This document shows, one piece after another, positions 40,998 to 54,086 of a DNA stretch of 64,000 nucleotides. Position 1 is the first letter of the stretch, and every line of letters starts with the position of its first letter. The notes under the pieces are model-generated. The model had not been told where the DNA came from. It saw only the letters and a list, made by a program, of their open reading frames with translations, and ran no database searches. Source of the stretch: Octopus sinensis (taxonomy: Eukaryota); assembly GCF_006345805.1 (NCBI RefSeq), contig NC_043002.1, positions 27,714,001 through 27,778,000 on the forward strand, written 5' to 3'. A program made the translations under genes and the position numbers.

Positions 40998-42021
40998 TGC
41001 ATATATATTACATGGGAAAATGCAAACATGAAAAGTAATATTCTTAAGATTATAAACCTGGAAAAGTATAGGACAAGTTATTACACCTGTAAAAGTATAG
41101 AACAAGCTATTACTTCTAGGAAAGTAAAGGATGAACTAGCTTGATTAAACAATTAGCTAAACCAAAGGAAAGCAACTAAAAACGAAAAGCAAAAAAAAAA
41201 AAAAGGAGAAAGCAAGTTAATTCAAGCTGAAAGAGGAAATGAATAATAAAAGTTAAACTTACCCTAATTCAACAGCATATTAAAAATAACTTTATTAAAT
41301 ACGTAATTAGAATTAATAAAATCTACGAAAGGTAAAGTTAACGGCGGTGGAATTTTAACTCAGAACGGAAAAGACAGATTAAATACCGTTCAGCAGTTCC
41401 CCTGGCGAGTTAACGTTTCTGCCAATTCAAAGAGTTAGAACGTAAAAATTCATTTTCTGAATATATTCTTATCTCATTATTATTTCTTGGGGCGTTACTT
41501 CTTACTTCCTCACATACTGACAATAAATTTCATGACATTTTACCTCATAACTTTTTCTCTACTAATTTCTGTTCAATGCAAAAATTCTGAATTCCTCTTG
41601 CATTTTTCTATCATTTAAGCCTAAGATAAGCATACTTTTATTTAAAACTTATAAAAAATTATGTTAATTGAAGATGAATAGGTGCTTTACTGCTGCACCT
41701 TGAGGCCGCAGATATTTTGATGTAACTTTTTTTCTATTGAACAAAATCTCAAACTATTTATGCCAAAATGTATCTGAGGAAGTGTCTTGTTGCAAACTGA
41801 ATTAGTGGTGAAACCTGGAATCTGCTGCGATTGACGAAATGGTTGACTTAAGAATATATTCAACCACTACCGTGATTGAATGATATTCTGATATCTTATG
41901 TATTATACATAATTTGATATATATATATAAATAGGTGAATGAATTATCCTATGTTTATCGTCGCTTTGTTTACCATGTAGGCAGTCATCGAAATTTTTGT
42001 TTGTCTTGTCGAGAGAGGCTC

Positions 42022-42114
42022 CCTTTCTTTCCTGATGAGAAGATTGCATAATGCACCCTTTATTCCTTTGGAATGAAACCATGTTGTCTTCGAAACATAT
42101 GTCGAGAGTAAAGG
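42022..42114 (+). ncRNA. Type I hammerhead ribozyme with intact catalytic core
   Basis: cctttctttc CTGATGA gaagat..gtcttc GAAAC atat GTC gagagtaaagg; stem I 10 bp with one bulge, stem II 6+4 bp, palindromic stem III acatatgt; predicted cleavage after C42103. Confidence 0.85.
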
Positions 42115-42155
42115 AATTTTGTTAACATCTTCATTCGACTCCATTCTTTCATTTA

Positions 42156-42292
<137 letters not shown>

Positions 42293-42336
42293 ACGTGTAT
42301 ATATATATATGTATGTATATGTATATGTATATGTGT

Positions 42337-42644
42337 GGAGGCGCAATGGCCCAGCGGTTAGGGCAGCGGACTCGCGGTCGTAGGATCGCGGTTTCGATTC
42401 CCAGACCGGGCGTTATGAGTGTTTATTGAGCGAAAACACCTGAAAAGCTCCACGAGGCTCCGGCAGGGGTTGGTGATCCCTGCTGTACTGTTTCACCACT
42501 CTTTCTCCCACTCTTTCTTCTGTTGGCCTGCTCGTTTAGCCAGCGGGGTGACGTCATTCGAAGGCTAAAAAACAATGCGAACGCATTGTGACCAGCGATG
42601 TGTAACTACATCTGATGGACTGGTCGGTCACGTGATCACGTGAT
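42337..42644 (+). mobile_element. Full-length tRNA-derived SINE (OR-like)
   Basis: A box tggcccagcgg, B box ggtttcgattcc, tail ending cacgtgatcacgtgat; related copies at 11842 and 15972. Confidence 0.9.
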
Positions 42645-42647
42645 ATG

Positions 42648-42689
<42 letters not shown>

Positions 42690-42784
42690 ATATATATATA
42701 TGCATGTATGGAAGTGTGTGTATGTATGTATGTATATATGTATGTATTTATGCTTACGCTGGTATTATAATACGTTTCTTCTCG

Positions 42785-42851
<67 letters not shown>

Positions 42852-43464
42852 ATATATATATATATATTATATATATATATACATATAAATACATATGCGC
42901 ATTTGTGTGTGTGTGTTTGTGATTTTCGAGTTTTCATATAATGAAAGATATGTAATTTTTTTGTTCCTTTCACAGATGTTCAATTTTCTTGAAACTGCCA
43001 ACTTACTTTCACTTTTCGCCGATTTTTTGAGATGCCACTGTGAAGTAACATTATAAAATGGAATTATTTCGAATGCTTTGTTATACATACTATTGTTCTC
43101 TTCTAGATTATCCGTATGTTTGAAATTTTTGTTTTGATTTTTGTGGAGTTTTATTTTAGTTTTTTTTTTCACTCTTTTGAATTTTGTCAGTGATTATTTC
43201 ATTAAAACGAAGTATTTGTCGTGCTGTTTTCTTAGTTACAAAAGTTTGAAAATGTCCATATCTTGATTGATAAGAACCGACAACAATAAGCTTCTTAAAT
43301 GCACCCAAGTAAAGAAATAAGAAATGTCCGTGTAACAAAAGGAAACCTTCCCTTGGAGAGAAAGGTAGGCAAGGAACAAAAATTTCGGTCTTGACAAAAA
43401 TTTATTTGATGAAATGGTTTCATCTTCGCAAATTTGAAACTGAAGTTGTGAACTGAATTACCGA

Positions 43465-43696
43465 TACAGTTCTATATTTAAGAGATGCACATTATGTACA
43501 TTATTTACATTATTTACAATTCACGGGCATATGGCGTAGTGGTTAAGCGCCTGGGCTACTAACCCCAAGATTCCGAGTTCGATTCTAGGCTGTGATATGA
43601 ATATTAATAATAATAATAATAATAATAACATCGAAAAATACCTTAGGAATGAGAACCCAGGTTCGAAATTTCCCCCAAGACACCTGATGAAGGCTG
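43465..43696 (+). mobile_element. tRNA-head plus hammerhead element, 3'-truncated, preceded by an inverted terminal copy
   Basis: tRNA-like 43525-43597 (tggcgtagtgg, gagttcgattc), (AAT)n, then acacCTGATGAaggctg; 43465-43517 matches 53745-53798. Confidence 0.65.
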
Positions 43697-43949
43697 TTGT
43701 TTGCGCATTGTTTTCATTTACTTCTGATTCATAAATGGCGACGATTTCTTTTAAAATGTTATGTTAATGAATAAAATTCAGCTTTTTGCGCATAGCCTTT
43801 AGGGATCAGATTTTCATCATCTGATTTTCTACAAGTGTTAATGTCTTATATAAAAAGATCGAATCGTTTAACCGCAATCACGCATAGTTTAGTTTAGAAG
43901 GATCCCGCATAGAGAGAAACGGAATTTGAATGTTAGTATTTTACAGATG

Positions 43950-45160
43950 TGCTTAAACAAGATTATCAAAGTTATGTGATGTGTTTTGGATACGAACATT
44001 GGGACACAGCAAGCATTCTACCTCAAAATGTAAGTCCTGTAGGACCCATAAAAAGATTGAATTCCTTAACTGAAAGTCGAGCCAGATTAATATGTTACTA
44101 GAAAACACCAACTCTTGGTGGGTATGAGACAAATTTTAAAACAAGATGTCATTTGATATTTTATTCGATAGCTTATTTCATCTCTAGACTTGTTTGCTTT
44201 CGAACAAATGAAAAAGGACACAACCAAGAATAATTTACAAAAATCTTGCCATCTGGAATTGTCTGAGATTAAAAAGGTGCGAAAAGAACGTGCTTACTGG
44301 GACTGGGTAAGAATTACGTTTACATTGTAATGCTCAGAAAATACAGGACAAAAACAAATGTAGAAAAGCAGTGTAAATGAAAAATAGACGATTCGACAAT
44401 TCAATTTTAATGAGAATTTCACTGTCTACTCTGTCCATCTCCTGTGGCTGTGATATTAATTTAGACATGTCTGTAGAGAAAACTAAAGTAAGAAAAGGAA
44501 AAAAAATGGAACATAATTATCTTATGTCGCTTTGACGTGTGACTGGTTAAATATTTTATTTGAAAAGAGAACATATTCAGCTGCTTTCTGCGTAGCAGCT
44601 TTGGGAGGATAACGTTGAAAATTTAACTCTTTCAAAGAGAACTACTGAAAGAGTTGAAGCAGAATGAAGGGAGAGTAGAGTAAATGATATTTAGGACAAT
44701 TGTGATGCTTCATCATTCTCATTTTGATTGGGAATGAAAGATCATATATGATTCATAAGAAAAGCCAAAAATGAAAGAATGTCTGTGATTGTCTCAAATA
44801 TAGGTTATAGTAAATTCATGGCTGTACCTGTCAGGAAATTTTGAATTTAAGAATTTATCATGTGGTGAATACTTGTCTCTTCCAGTAGTTGCAACAAGAG
44901 CTTTGCAGACGAAGGCAACAATCTAAGAATGTTTCATTGAAGAAAGTGTTATGAGTTTAGTGTTTGACATCTAAAACTCAAATTATGGTGGTTATTGCTT
45001 CTCAACTTATTTAATCCAAAACATTACATGTAACTTTGATAATCTTGTTTCAGTACATTTATAAAATACTAATATTCAAATTCTGTTAGTCTGTAAGTGG
45101 GATCCTCCCGCATAGAATAAATTATGCGTTGTCGCATTTGAGTATTTTGGTCTATAGATA
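43950..45160 (+). pseudogene. Highly degraded hAT-related (hATm-like) transposase relic
   Basis: Collinear fragments HWDTASI, HFD, ERMSVIVS..FMAVP, MSLVFDI*NSNYG resemble W.KA.IP, LHWDGK, ERL.V.VS..LL.VP, FDTTASNTG. Confidence 0.45.
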
Positions 45161-45573
45161 TTTGGCATTAAAATTTTGTACATAAAAAATAAAGGGATTC
45201 CCTAGAACATACGCCCTAAAAGAATTTTTTTTATCAATATAACAATACTGTAAAAGTGCCTATAAAATTCATTCAGTAGTTTTCGTTTAAAATGGAAAGC
45301 ATTAACAAAATTAAAAGGCATAAAGGCACATGCACACGTGCGCGCACACACACACGTGTGTGTGTGTATTTGTGATATCACTTGGAAGTGCGTTATTCGT
45401 TCATGTCTCAGTGCCTTTTAAGATGTATAGTTATTTTATTGGACATTGTTTTACATTACCGCTAAATTATAGGAAAGTAAACAAAACTACACCGAATGTC
45501 AATTGGTGAGATACATACACACTATACACACACAAACATACACCCACACAGATAGAGATAGATTGATTTATTA

Positions 45574-45629
<56 letters not shown>

Positions 45630-45931
45630 ACAAAAAGACAGACAGACAGACAGACAGACGGACGGACAGACAGACAGACAGACGGACGGACGGACGGACG
45701 GACGGACGGACGGACAGACGGACGGACGGACAGACGGACAGACGGACGGACGGACAGACGGACAGACGGACAGACGGACAGACGGACGGACGGACGGACG
45801 GACAGACGGACGGACGGACAGACGGACGGACAGACAGACAGACGGACGGACGGACAGACGGACGGACGGACAGACAGATAGATAGATAGACAGATAGATA
45901 GACAGATAGATAGACAGACAGATAGATAGAC

Positions 45932-45993
<62 letters not shown>

Positions 45994-46020
45994 GCAGGCA
46001 GATAGACAGACAGATAGATA

Positions 46021-46090
46021 TGTTTCTTTTATTAGCCAACAGGGCTGCACAAGATAGAACAATTACAAGGTAGAGCTTTTCTTTTGAAGG

Positions 46091-46124
<34 letters not shown>

Positions 46125-48974
46125 AAGGGGGAGGTTCGATCAAAAGGGATCGTAAAAGGAGAGAAGAGGACAAAGATAAGGGGGGTTAAAAAAGAAAAAA
46201 AAAAAGGGGGGGGGGGAGGAAAAAAAAAAATGATCAATAGGGATCGTTATCACAGAAATGTCAATATGAAGTGTAAAGGGGAGGACAGGTGCGGTTTACC
46301 CGTGGAAAGAAAAGCCTGCGGAAAGACCACGGTAACCTCGGTCAATGAAGTCACATTTTATATTTCTTTTTTTTTTTTTTTTTTTTTTTTGCAAATAAGC
46401 AACTCTCTGTTTTCGATTTCTGGGTTCATAGGACTATGCTCAAGGTGGCTTCGTCATTCATACGTGCCATTCTTGCTACATTCACCCCATCTTTTTTTAA
46501 AACATTCGCTAGACAAAACTTGCCTCTCTACTCTCACTTTCCTTTTCAAGTGGTACTTGAAGAAGTTGATGAGAGATTGACCAGAGAGGAAAGTGTTTGT
46601 CTCCAATCCTTTCAGACGCGTCCACCAGATACATTCCTTCGCCATAGCCACAAGGATGATGAAAATAGCTCTTCCTTCCCGTTTGAAGGAAGGAGGCGTG
46701 ACATATTGACGATAGACTCAGCTGATAAACCGACTCGTCCCACACGTGACAGCAGTTGTTCGACATAAGCCCACAGGTCGGAAATTGTTGGACACTGAAC
46801 GAGTGCGTGCAGAACGGTTTCGTCGCTCTGACCGCATCTCGGGCAGGTCGGCCCCGTGTTTCTCGAGCCGTGTCTGTAGAGCTTATCCCGAACGGGTAGC
46901 GCTTCTCGGTAGCACTGCCAGGCCAGGGATCTCTGGAAGTTGTCCATGGCCCTGGCCCGAAGTCGTCCCGAACAGGCGGGTCAGGTACTCCTCGTCGACG
47001 TCCAGGTTCGCCCCGAGCTCGTCGTCGTACCTCCCCTCCACTAAACCCCTATAGAATGCTTTGGTTGTGTTGAAGTCACTTAAGGTCGACCCAGGACGGC
47101 AGAGTTGCTTGAGAGCAAAACGACACTCGCGGTGCCATTCGCCCTTCCTCGGCCTCTTTTTGATCCACGACTGCAGTTCGGTCATGGAGACGAGCTGCGG
47201 AAAGCGTGCCTCACAAACGCGACGACACACTGTTCACCGTCGTCTACATAGAGTCAGAGATGTCGCAGTCTCAGCGCGTGTCTGCGCATCATCAACCACG
47301 GCATGCCCCCAGCCCTCCTTTAACGGGTGTTGACAGCAAATGGATCGCCTGACCATCGGGACGCATCCTTTCCACAAGAAGCGAAAGAGGATGCGTTGTA
47401 GTTTGGTGATGGTAGGGTCGGGACAAGGTACGACGGTCAGGCGGCGGTAGTAGATGACGGACGCGATGTACGTGTTCGCCACCTCCGCTCGACCTTTTAG
47501 GGACAGTTTCCTCTCGGCCCATTGCCGGGCGAGAGTGACCACCCTACTCGTTATCTCGTTCCAGTTCTTCTCCACTTGGAGGTCCGGACCCAAACCAGAC
47601 CCCGAGCAACTCAACCGGGCCGTCGGTCCAGCGTCCCACGACGGAGGCGCTGGTGGACGGCATGGGCTTGCTTCTCTCCAGGTGCTAGTCCGCAAGCCCA
47701 CTGACTTTTCCCGGTTGATTTTCCTCCTGTCACCGCTTCGTAGTTTTTCAGTGTCTCGCCGACCAGCTCGATGTGCTCGTGGCTAGACACTATGACGGTG
47801 ACGTCGTCCGCGTGTGCAGACACGCTCGTCCCGCATCCCAATTCTCGCGGGATGCCCCTTAGAGTCGCCAGCTTCCGCAGTAGTGGCTCAGAGTCAATAC
47901 GTATAGAAGCGCCGAGAGGGGGCATCCCTGACGGACCGAACGTGGCAATGTCGAAAGGTCTCGATAGATGTCCATTTACGCGAATTACCGAACGGATGCC
48001 CCTGTACAAGGCAGCTATCCAGCCGCGGAAGACGGGACCGAAACCAGCCGCTCTCAGGACTGCCTCCAAGTATCGATGGTCTACCCTATCAAAGGCTTTT
48101 GATTGATCCAAGTTGATCATGGCCCCACCCATGCCAGGTTCGTTAACTACCCTGTCTATGATGTAGCGCATCAGATGGAGGTTGTCATGGATGGCCCCGG
48201 CCTGGCACGCGCATGTTTGTGCCCTGTCGACCATTTTCGATGACAGCGCCAACCTCTTGGCTAGCACCTTGGCCAAAATTTTGAAGTCTGCATTAAGCAG
48301 AGTGATGGGCCTAAAGTTATCTATTACATTTCCCTTGTTTAGATCTTTCTTCAGCAGTGTTACGGCTCCTCGGCTCACAAACCAGGAATGCTCCCGTTTT
48401 GCTGCCAGTTGCAGTACACCGCCGCCAAGAGATCTCCAAACAAGTCTGGCATACAATTGTAAAGCTCGTAGGGCAGACCATCCAAACCCGGTGATTTGTC
48501 CCTCGAGCATTCTGCCATCGCTTCCTCCCGCCTTCCGCCGCGTGATGGCACCTTCGCGCACCACTGCCTTCTTGTCGAGAGTCGTGGTAGGCTATGTAGG
48601 TAGGCACTGAAGTCCACCCTACGTTCTTGCCCCTCCACTCGTTCCGAACAGTCGGCAAAATGCTGCTGAAAGGCCTCACACATTTTACTTGGCTCGAGCA
48701 ATTCGCGCCCCTGTTCAATCTACCAGTGACCGAATGGTGCTTTGTTGCCCTGTTGCGCCTCTGCCACCCGGGCCTCTCTCGCGGCTCCAACACCTTCGTT
48801 CCTTAGAGCACGCATCCTAGCTCTGACAGCACATCCTTCGTGTTTGGCGTTGAAGTGTTGGTCGAGGGCCAACCTCGCCGCCAAAACGTCGGATGCGATG
48901 CCGCTTCTAATTGCCTCTTCTAGCTTCTTAACTAGCTCACCCTCTACTCTATTTCTATCTATGGCTAGTGCTTT

Positions 48975-48975
<1 letters not shown>
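46021..48975 (-). mobile_element. Tx1/L1-clade LINE, 3-kb 5'-truncated copy with RT and zinc finger, in (GATA)n
   Basis: KSPGLDGLPYELY, NFRPITLLNADFKILAKVLAKRL, NLDQSKAFDRVDH, SAHADDVTV, LSLKGR, FRFLWKG, CCHC finger; many single-base frameshifts. Confidence 0.95.
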
Positions 48976-49055
<80 letters not shown>

Positions 49056-49332
49056 GGTCCTGGTAGGGTATAAATGTAGGATATTTCCAGAGAAGCACTC
49101 AATCCACGTTCTGAGCTAGGAACACTGTCGGGTTCCAGATCAATACCAAAATGCTTCCAAGTGTAGAAAATCATGGATTCACGAGAGGCAACACCGTTGA
49201 GTGGGTTTGGCGAGGAGTAAACTATAATCCAAATACTAAGATAAAGGAATTCATTTACACATCTTTAATGATTCATTACAGTTGTTTGTGCCCCAGGTCT
49301 GCTTACAATGGCGACAATTTTCCCATCGCCCC

Positions 49333-49370
<38 letters not shown>

Positions 49371-49514
49371 GAATTATTTATTCACCAATGCGGTGTTGAG
49401 CACTCATTCTATCGTTCTACATCTGTGTGTGTATGTGTATATATATATATATATATATATACGCATACATCCTTACACACACGAACGTGAGCGTGCACAC
49501 ACATATATGTGTGT

Positions 49515-49545
<31 letters not shown>

Positions 49546-49749
49546 CGAAGAAGAGAAAGAAAATGAGCGTCTGTGCACATTCACTACTAACTCTTATTTC
49601 ACAGGATTTTCCAACTTGTTTAAGAAATTGGTTTTAAGAATGTTTTGTGAAATGTTTCGAAGATTTTTTTGATTATTCTAAAATTTCTTGATATGATTAT
49701 GTTTTGAAAGACTTTTAAAACAAAGATCTTCCACTGGCGTAGCATTCAA

Positions 49750-50620
49750 AGTGGTGATAGTCTTTTCCTGAATGACAAGTAGGCCAAACTTGAGGACACC
49801 GCTCCATGTAGGAAAACTGAGGACAGAAGAGCAGAATTTGCATCCCTACTAATACTAACTGTTAGAAAGACTGCTACATTTTGCTCCATGAATTTAACAA
49901 CACGTTTTCTGGAGACGGCCATGAAGTCACAAGCAGATGTATAGCATAATCTCCGACATATATACATATATATGGAAAGACAGTACAGCAATATCGAAGT
50001 CATATTTAAGACTGAGACCTTCGCATTTAAATCTTCTGTGGTCACACGCCGCACTCAGGACTTCGCTCTCTTCTCTATTTATTTGGGAAGACAGAGGGTA
50101 AATGTCACAATACTCGGGATCCCAACAGAGCTAGACCTTTGATAGAAATTGGCATGACTAGAGTTGGGAAAAAGGGAATTTCTGCTGGATGTGAAGAGAA
50201 CAAAGAAGGAAAACTGGTTTATGTCCAACCTGGCGGTCTTTCTGCAGATAACGACTGATCCGTCTCTCAGCAGAACTGGGTAAAACTACAAATACATGTG
50301 CAAAACAGATGATCTAAATGCCACGTACGTATGAAATTGACCATATAAGAGCTTTCTACCAATACAACTAAAACATCAGGAGAGGAGAATTGAATATACC
50401 ACAGCTTATAATACTATTGTAACAACAGCAAAATCAGCGTGCAGCAACAAAAGTAGTAGCAACAAGAAAAAAGAAGCAACAATAACATATGAACCAACAG
50501 CATCGATAATAATGCGACAACAGCAATAAAAACCTATACCTTCAACCGCAGCAGAAACTGTGGAAGCGGAAACTGCATCAGCACAAAGAACATCAATGCC
50601 AAAATTCTTCAGCCCTAGCG
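49750..50620 (+). pseudogene. Diverged copy of the ORF1-like zinc-knuckle family
   Basis: YSNIEVIFKTETFA..FALFSIYLGRQRVNVTILGIPTELD aligns with the 27300 and 17600 copies; degenerate knuckle KCHV..EIDHIRAF at ~50316-50360. Confidence 0.55.
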
Positions 50621-50679
50621 CCCGACTGAGATGGCGGGAAATAGTGATTATAAATTAATCAATATCGAGTGGATGTTCC

Positions 50680-51230
50680 AACTTAGCACTCTATGTTGCT
50701 TTGTTTTGCTGCCATTTTGTTTCACTTCTCGGTTCTAAATATATCTCTACAATTTTCTCGTCTCTTTCTTGTTGATGATACGTTCACTGTAACATCTTCA
50801 TTTAGTTCCCGTAGAATCTATTTTGATGGGTTTCAAATAATTTGTTTTGCCTAACCTGTTCAATTTTGTTATCGTATCTCTTGATCTGGGTAGCTTTGAC
50901 CTCTATCTCTTATTTTTTCCATCACCTTCATAAATCTTTTTACGATTCAGGATATTTTTGTTAAATTTACTTTTATCTTACTCATGTTGGTAAAAGTATC
51001 TACCTTCATAACGTCTATTCGTAACAGATCAACACGTATCTGCAATCTCCATTTCCACCAGTGTCTCTTTCTCTCTTCTGGGATTGTGATACCTTCACTT
51101 CAAGTCCTTCTGTTATTATCCTGCAGCAGCATACATTAAGTTGTTGGCTATGATGATATTACTTCCTGTCCTAGACTTGCTTAACTATCTCAACCTCTTT
51201 CCTTATGTTCTTCCTTTTTATCTTTTCTGT
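50680..51230 (-). pseudogene. R4/Dong-like LINE N-terminal fragment
   Basis: ANNLMYAAAG, HWWKWRLQIRVDLLRI, KATQIKRYDNKIEQVRQNKLFETHQNRFY; abuts (ATT)n. Confidence 0.65.
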
Positions 51231-51269
51231 TGGTGATAATCTTTATTATTATTATTATTATTATTATTA

Positions 51270-51300
<31 letters not shown>

Positions 51301-51337
51301 TATTATTATTATTATCATCATCATCATTATTTTGTTA

Positions 51338-51380
<43 letters not shown>

Positions 51381-51430
51381 CATCAACAGCATCAACATCA
51401 TTATTTTGTTATCATCATTATTATTATTAT

Positions 51431-53112
51431 ATGTTTGACTTTTGGTTTGTATTTGTACAAGGTGACTCCAAGTCTCACCCAGAGACCTCAAGAGCCAACA
51501 AGTTAGAAGTTGGTGTTATGCCTAGATTGTTATATATTTGGTTTTGCAAGTAGTATTCTTCTCGGGAATGTTTAAGAAAAGATAAGAAAATTATAAGTTT
51601 GTTTTAAAATTTGAGATTACATAGACAGTATTTTACGTAGGATATGGGTAGTTCCTATGAGCACTATCTTTTGAATTTCTGCCATTTTGGGGTTTCCTTG
51701 CATCTGAGCTAGGTAGGAATCGGCACCTTTTGCTATCATTCCTAGGGCACCTATGACAACAGGTATTGTCTCAGTCTTAAGGTTCATATTTTGCCAATTT
51801 CTATTTCAAGATGTTTATACTTGCTTAGTTTTTGGTAGGTCTTGACAGATATATTTATGTCGATTGAGAAAGTCATATCAATGAGGAGGTATGATTTTTG
51901 TCTGAAGTCTTTCAATATAATATCTGGCCCATTTGCATCTATCTTTCTGCAAGTTTTAATGGTGAAGTTCCAGAGGAGTTAGATGTGATCATTTCAAGCA
52001 CTGGAGCTGGTTTGTGTTCGCACCAGTTTTTATCATGGGACAGGTCCAAGTTTTTGCAAGTTACCCAGTGAATATATTCTGCTGCTCTATCATTCCTGTC
52101 GAGATACTCTGTAAGCGCAAGAACACTGTACATGGAGACAACATGATCAATGGTTTTATTTTGTTGTTTACATAAACGACTACCATTCTTTAATATGTTA
52201 GCTTGGTAGTTCCTTGTAGGTAGGCATTGATCTTGGGCTGCTATTATAAACACTTCTGTTTCTGATTTTAAACTAGAAGACACTAACCTTTGATGAGTAA
52301 GGGCTTTGTCAACATCGGCATTATTAGCCCTCTTTGAGTATTGCCTTTGAGAGGTTTTTCTTGCCATTTATCAGTAAGAATATCTAAGGCAGTAGTTTTA
52401 GCACGGGTTTGCATACGCTTAGCTTTTGCTGTGCTTGTTTCCAGTACTTGTAATTCTGGAATCTGTTGTATTTGGAATTCACTCAGATATTCCTTTGCAT
52501 GTTTTGTTACTGAGTATGATGCTTTCTTGTTTTCATGCTTTAAGACAAATTTTAACAACCAGCCATCAGAGTTTTTCAGGTAGGTGTTAAGACCAATTAT
52601 GGAAATCTTCATTGTTCATTCCAGTTATAAAAGTCCACGGCCATCCTCTATCTTGGCAGGTAAAGTCGTTCTATATCTGCCTTAGGTTGGTTTATTCTAT
52701 GATTTGTCAACAAGTTTCGTATTTTTCTGTCAAGATTACCTCTTTCAGTTGTTGACCAATTAATGATATTGAAACTGTAAGTCACGACGTGTATGGCTAA
52801 TTTTTCGCTTCGATCCGGTTTCTTGCATTTAGCTCTGTCTTGATCATTGTCCTTACCCTGCGATAACATTCTCTTCTGATCCTTTCCCTAATCAATGAAT
52901 GTTTGATTCCATCACCTTCCAATACCCCTAGGTATTTGTAGTTCTCCGCTGGCTCTAAGTCCTTTGTGACATTCTTCTCGTGAAGATTGCCATTGGATAC
53001 TGCTGTCATTTTTCATTTGCTAAAGGTAACTTTTGTACATTTATCGAGGCCAAGTTGCACCCTAGTGTCATCACTGAATATTTAACAATTGCTAGTAAGC
53101 CGTTTAGATGTT
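51431..53112 (-). mobile_element. R4/Dong-like RLE LINE, 5'-truncated, in (TAA)n
   Basis: YKYLGVLEGDGI, ADIERLYLPR, SETEVFIIAAQDQCLPTRNY, PDIILKD..LIDM..KLSKY restriction-like endonuclease; (ATT)n on both flanks. Confidence 0.9.
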
Positions 53113-53134
53113 GGTTATTATTATTATTATCATC

Positions 53135-53183
<49 letters not shown>

Positions 53184-53489
53184 TCATTATTATATGTTTG
53201 ACTTTCGCTTTGGTCCGGCAATTTTCTACAATTATTTTATTTATGAGTGAGTGGTCCTTGAACCTATAAGAATATTATTATTAATTTTTTAAAGTTTATT
53301 ATCACATCATTTTGGTTTGTCTCCGGTTCGGTCTTATTCCTGATAGGAATCCTGTGGATAGTGGGTTCCTCCCTGTGACCTTAAGTATCCACAAGTTTAT
53401 TGGCAGTCTTTCATATACTCAAGGCTCTCCTGTTAGTCCTTGCTGTGCTTGAGTAACTCATCACTATTATTGGTAGTGGTAATAGTATA

Positions 53490-53615
53490 ATTTCAAATTC
53501 TGCCGAGGTCGACTTTGCCTTTCATCCTTTCGAGATCGATAAATTAAGTACCAGTGAAACACAGAGGTCAATGTAATCGACTGGCCCCCTTACCCCAAAT
53601 TTCAGGCCTTGTAGA
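53490..53615 (+). mobile_element. Nin-domain SINE 3' part followed by (ATT)n
   Basis: ttcaaattctgccgaggtcgactttgcctttcatcc..ccccaaatttcaggccttgt. Confidence 0.75.
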
Positions 53616-53697
53616 ACTGATTATTATTATTATTATTATTATTATAATTACTATTATTATTATTATTAATATTACTATCATCATCATTATCATTATC

Positions 53698-53744
<47 letters not shown>

Positions 53745-53746
<2 letters not shown>

Positions 53747-54078
53747 CAGTTCTATATTTTAGAGATGAGGAATTATGTACATTATTTCCATTATTTCCAT
53801 TTGACGAATATTTGTCCTCAACACACCGTTTCGACTGATATACCCTCCAGCCATCATCTTGGAGCTATCTTGGGGAAATTTCGAACCACTACGCCATATG
53901 CCCGTAGGCAATTATGGAGTGAATTTTATGGCATATAAATTTAATATTCTCCTATCAGGTTCCCATATGCTGTTCATATCTGCGCTCGGCCTGCTTAGGA
54001 AGTTCTTGTATCCTAGCATACGTGCTAACAACAAACAAGACGAGGAAAAATATCCGTCAAATTTAAATACTGTAAATA
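53745..54078 (-). mobile_element. Second tRNA-head plus hammerhead element, internally deleted, inverted terminal copy, in (AGT)n
   Basis: Hammerhead remnant at 53821-53860, tRNA start at 53885-53904, and 54041-54078 inverted to 53783-53820. Confidence 0.7.
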
Positions 54079-54086
54079 TAGTAGTT

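Noticed and set aside
42337-42410. tRNA gene
   Set aside because: No proper acceptor stem or terminator; continues into a SINE body present in three copies
43525-43597. tRNA-Ser-like gene
   Set aside because: Acceptor stem unpaired and no long variable arm; embedded in a repeated element
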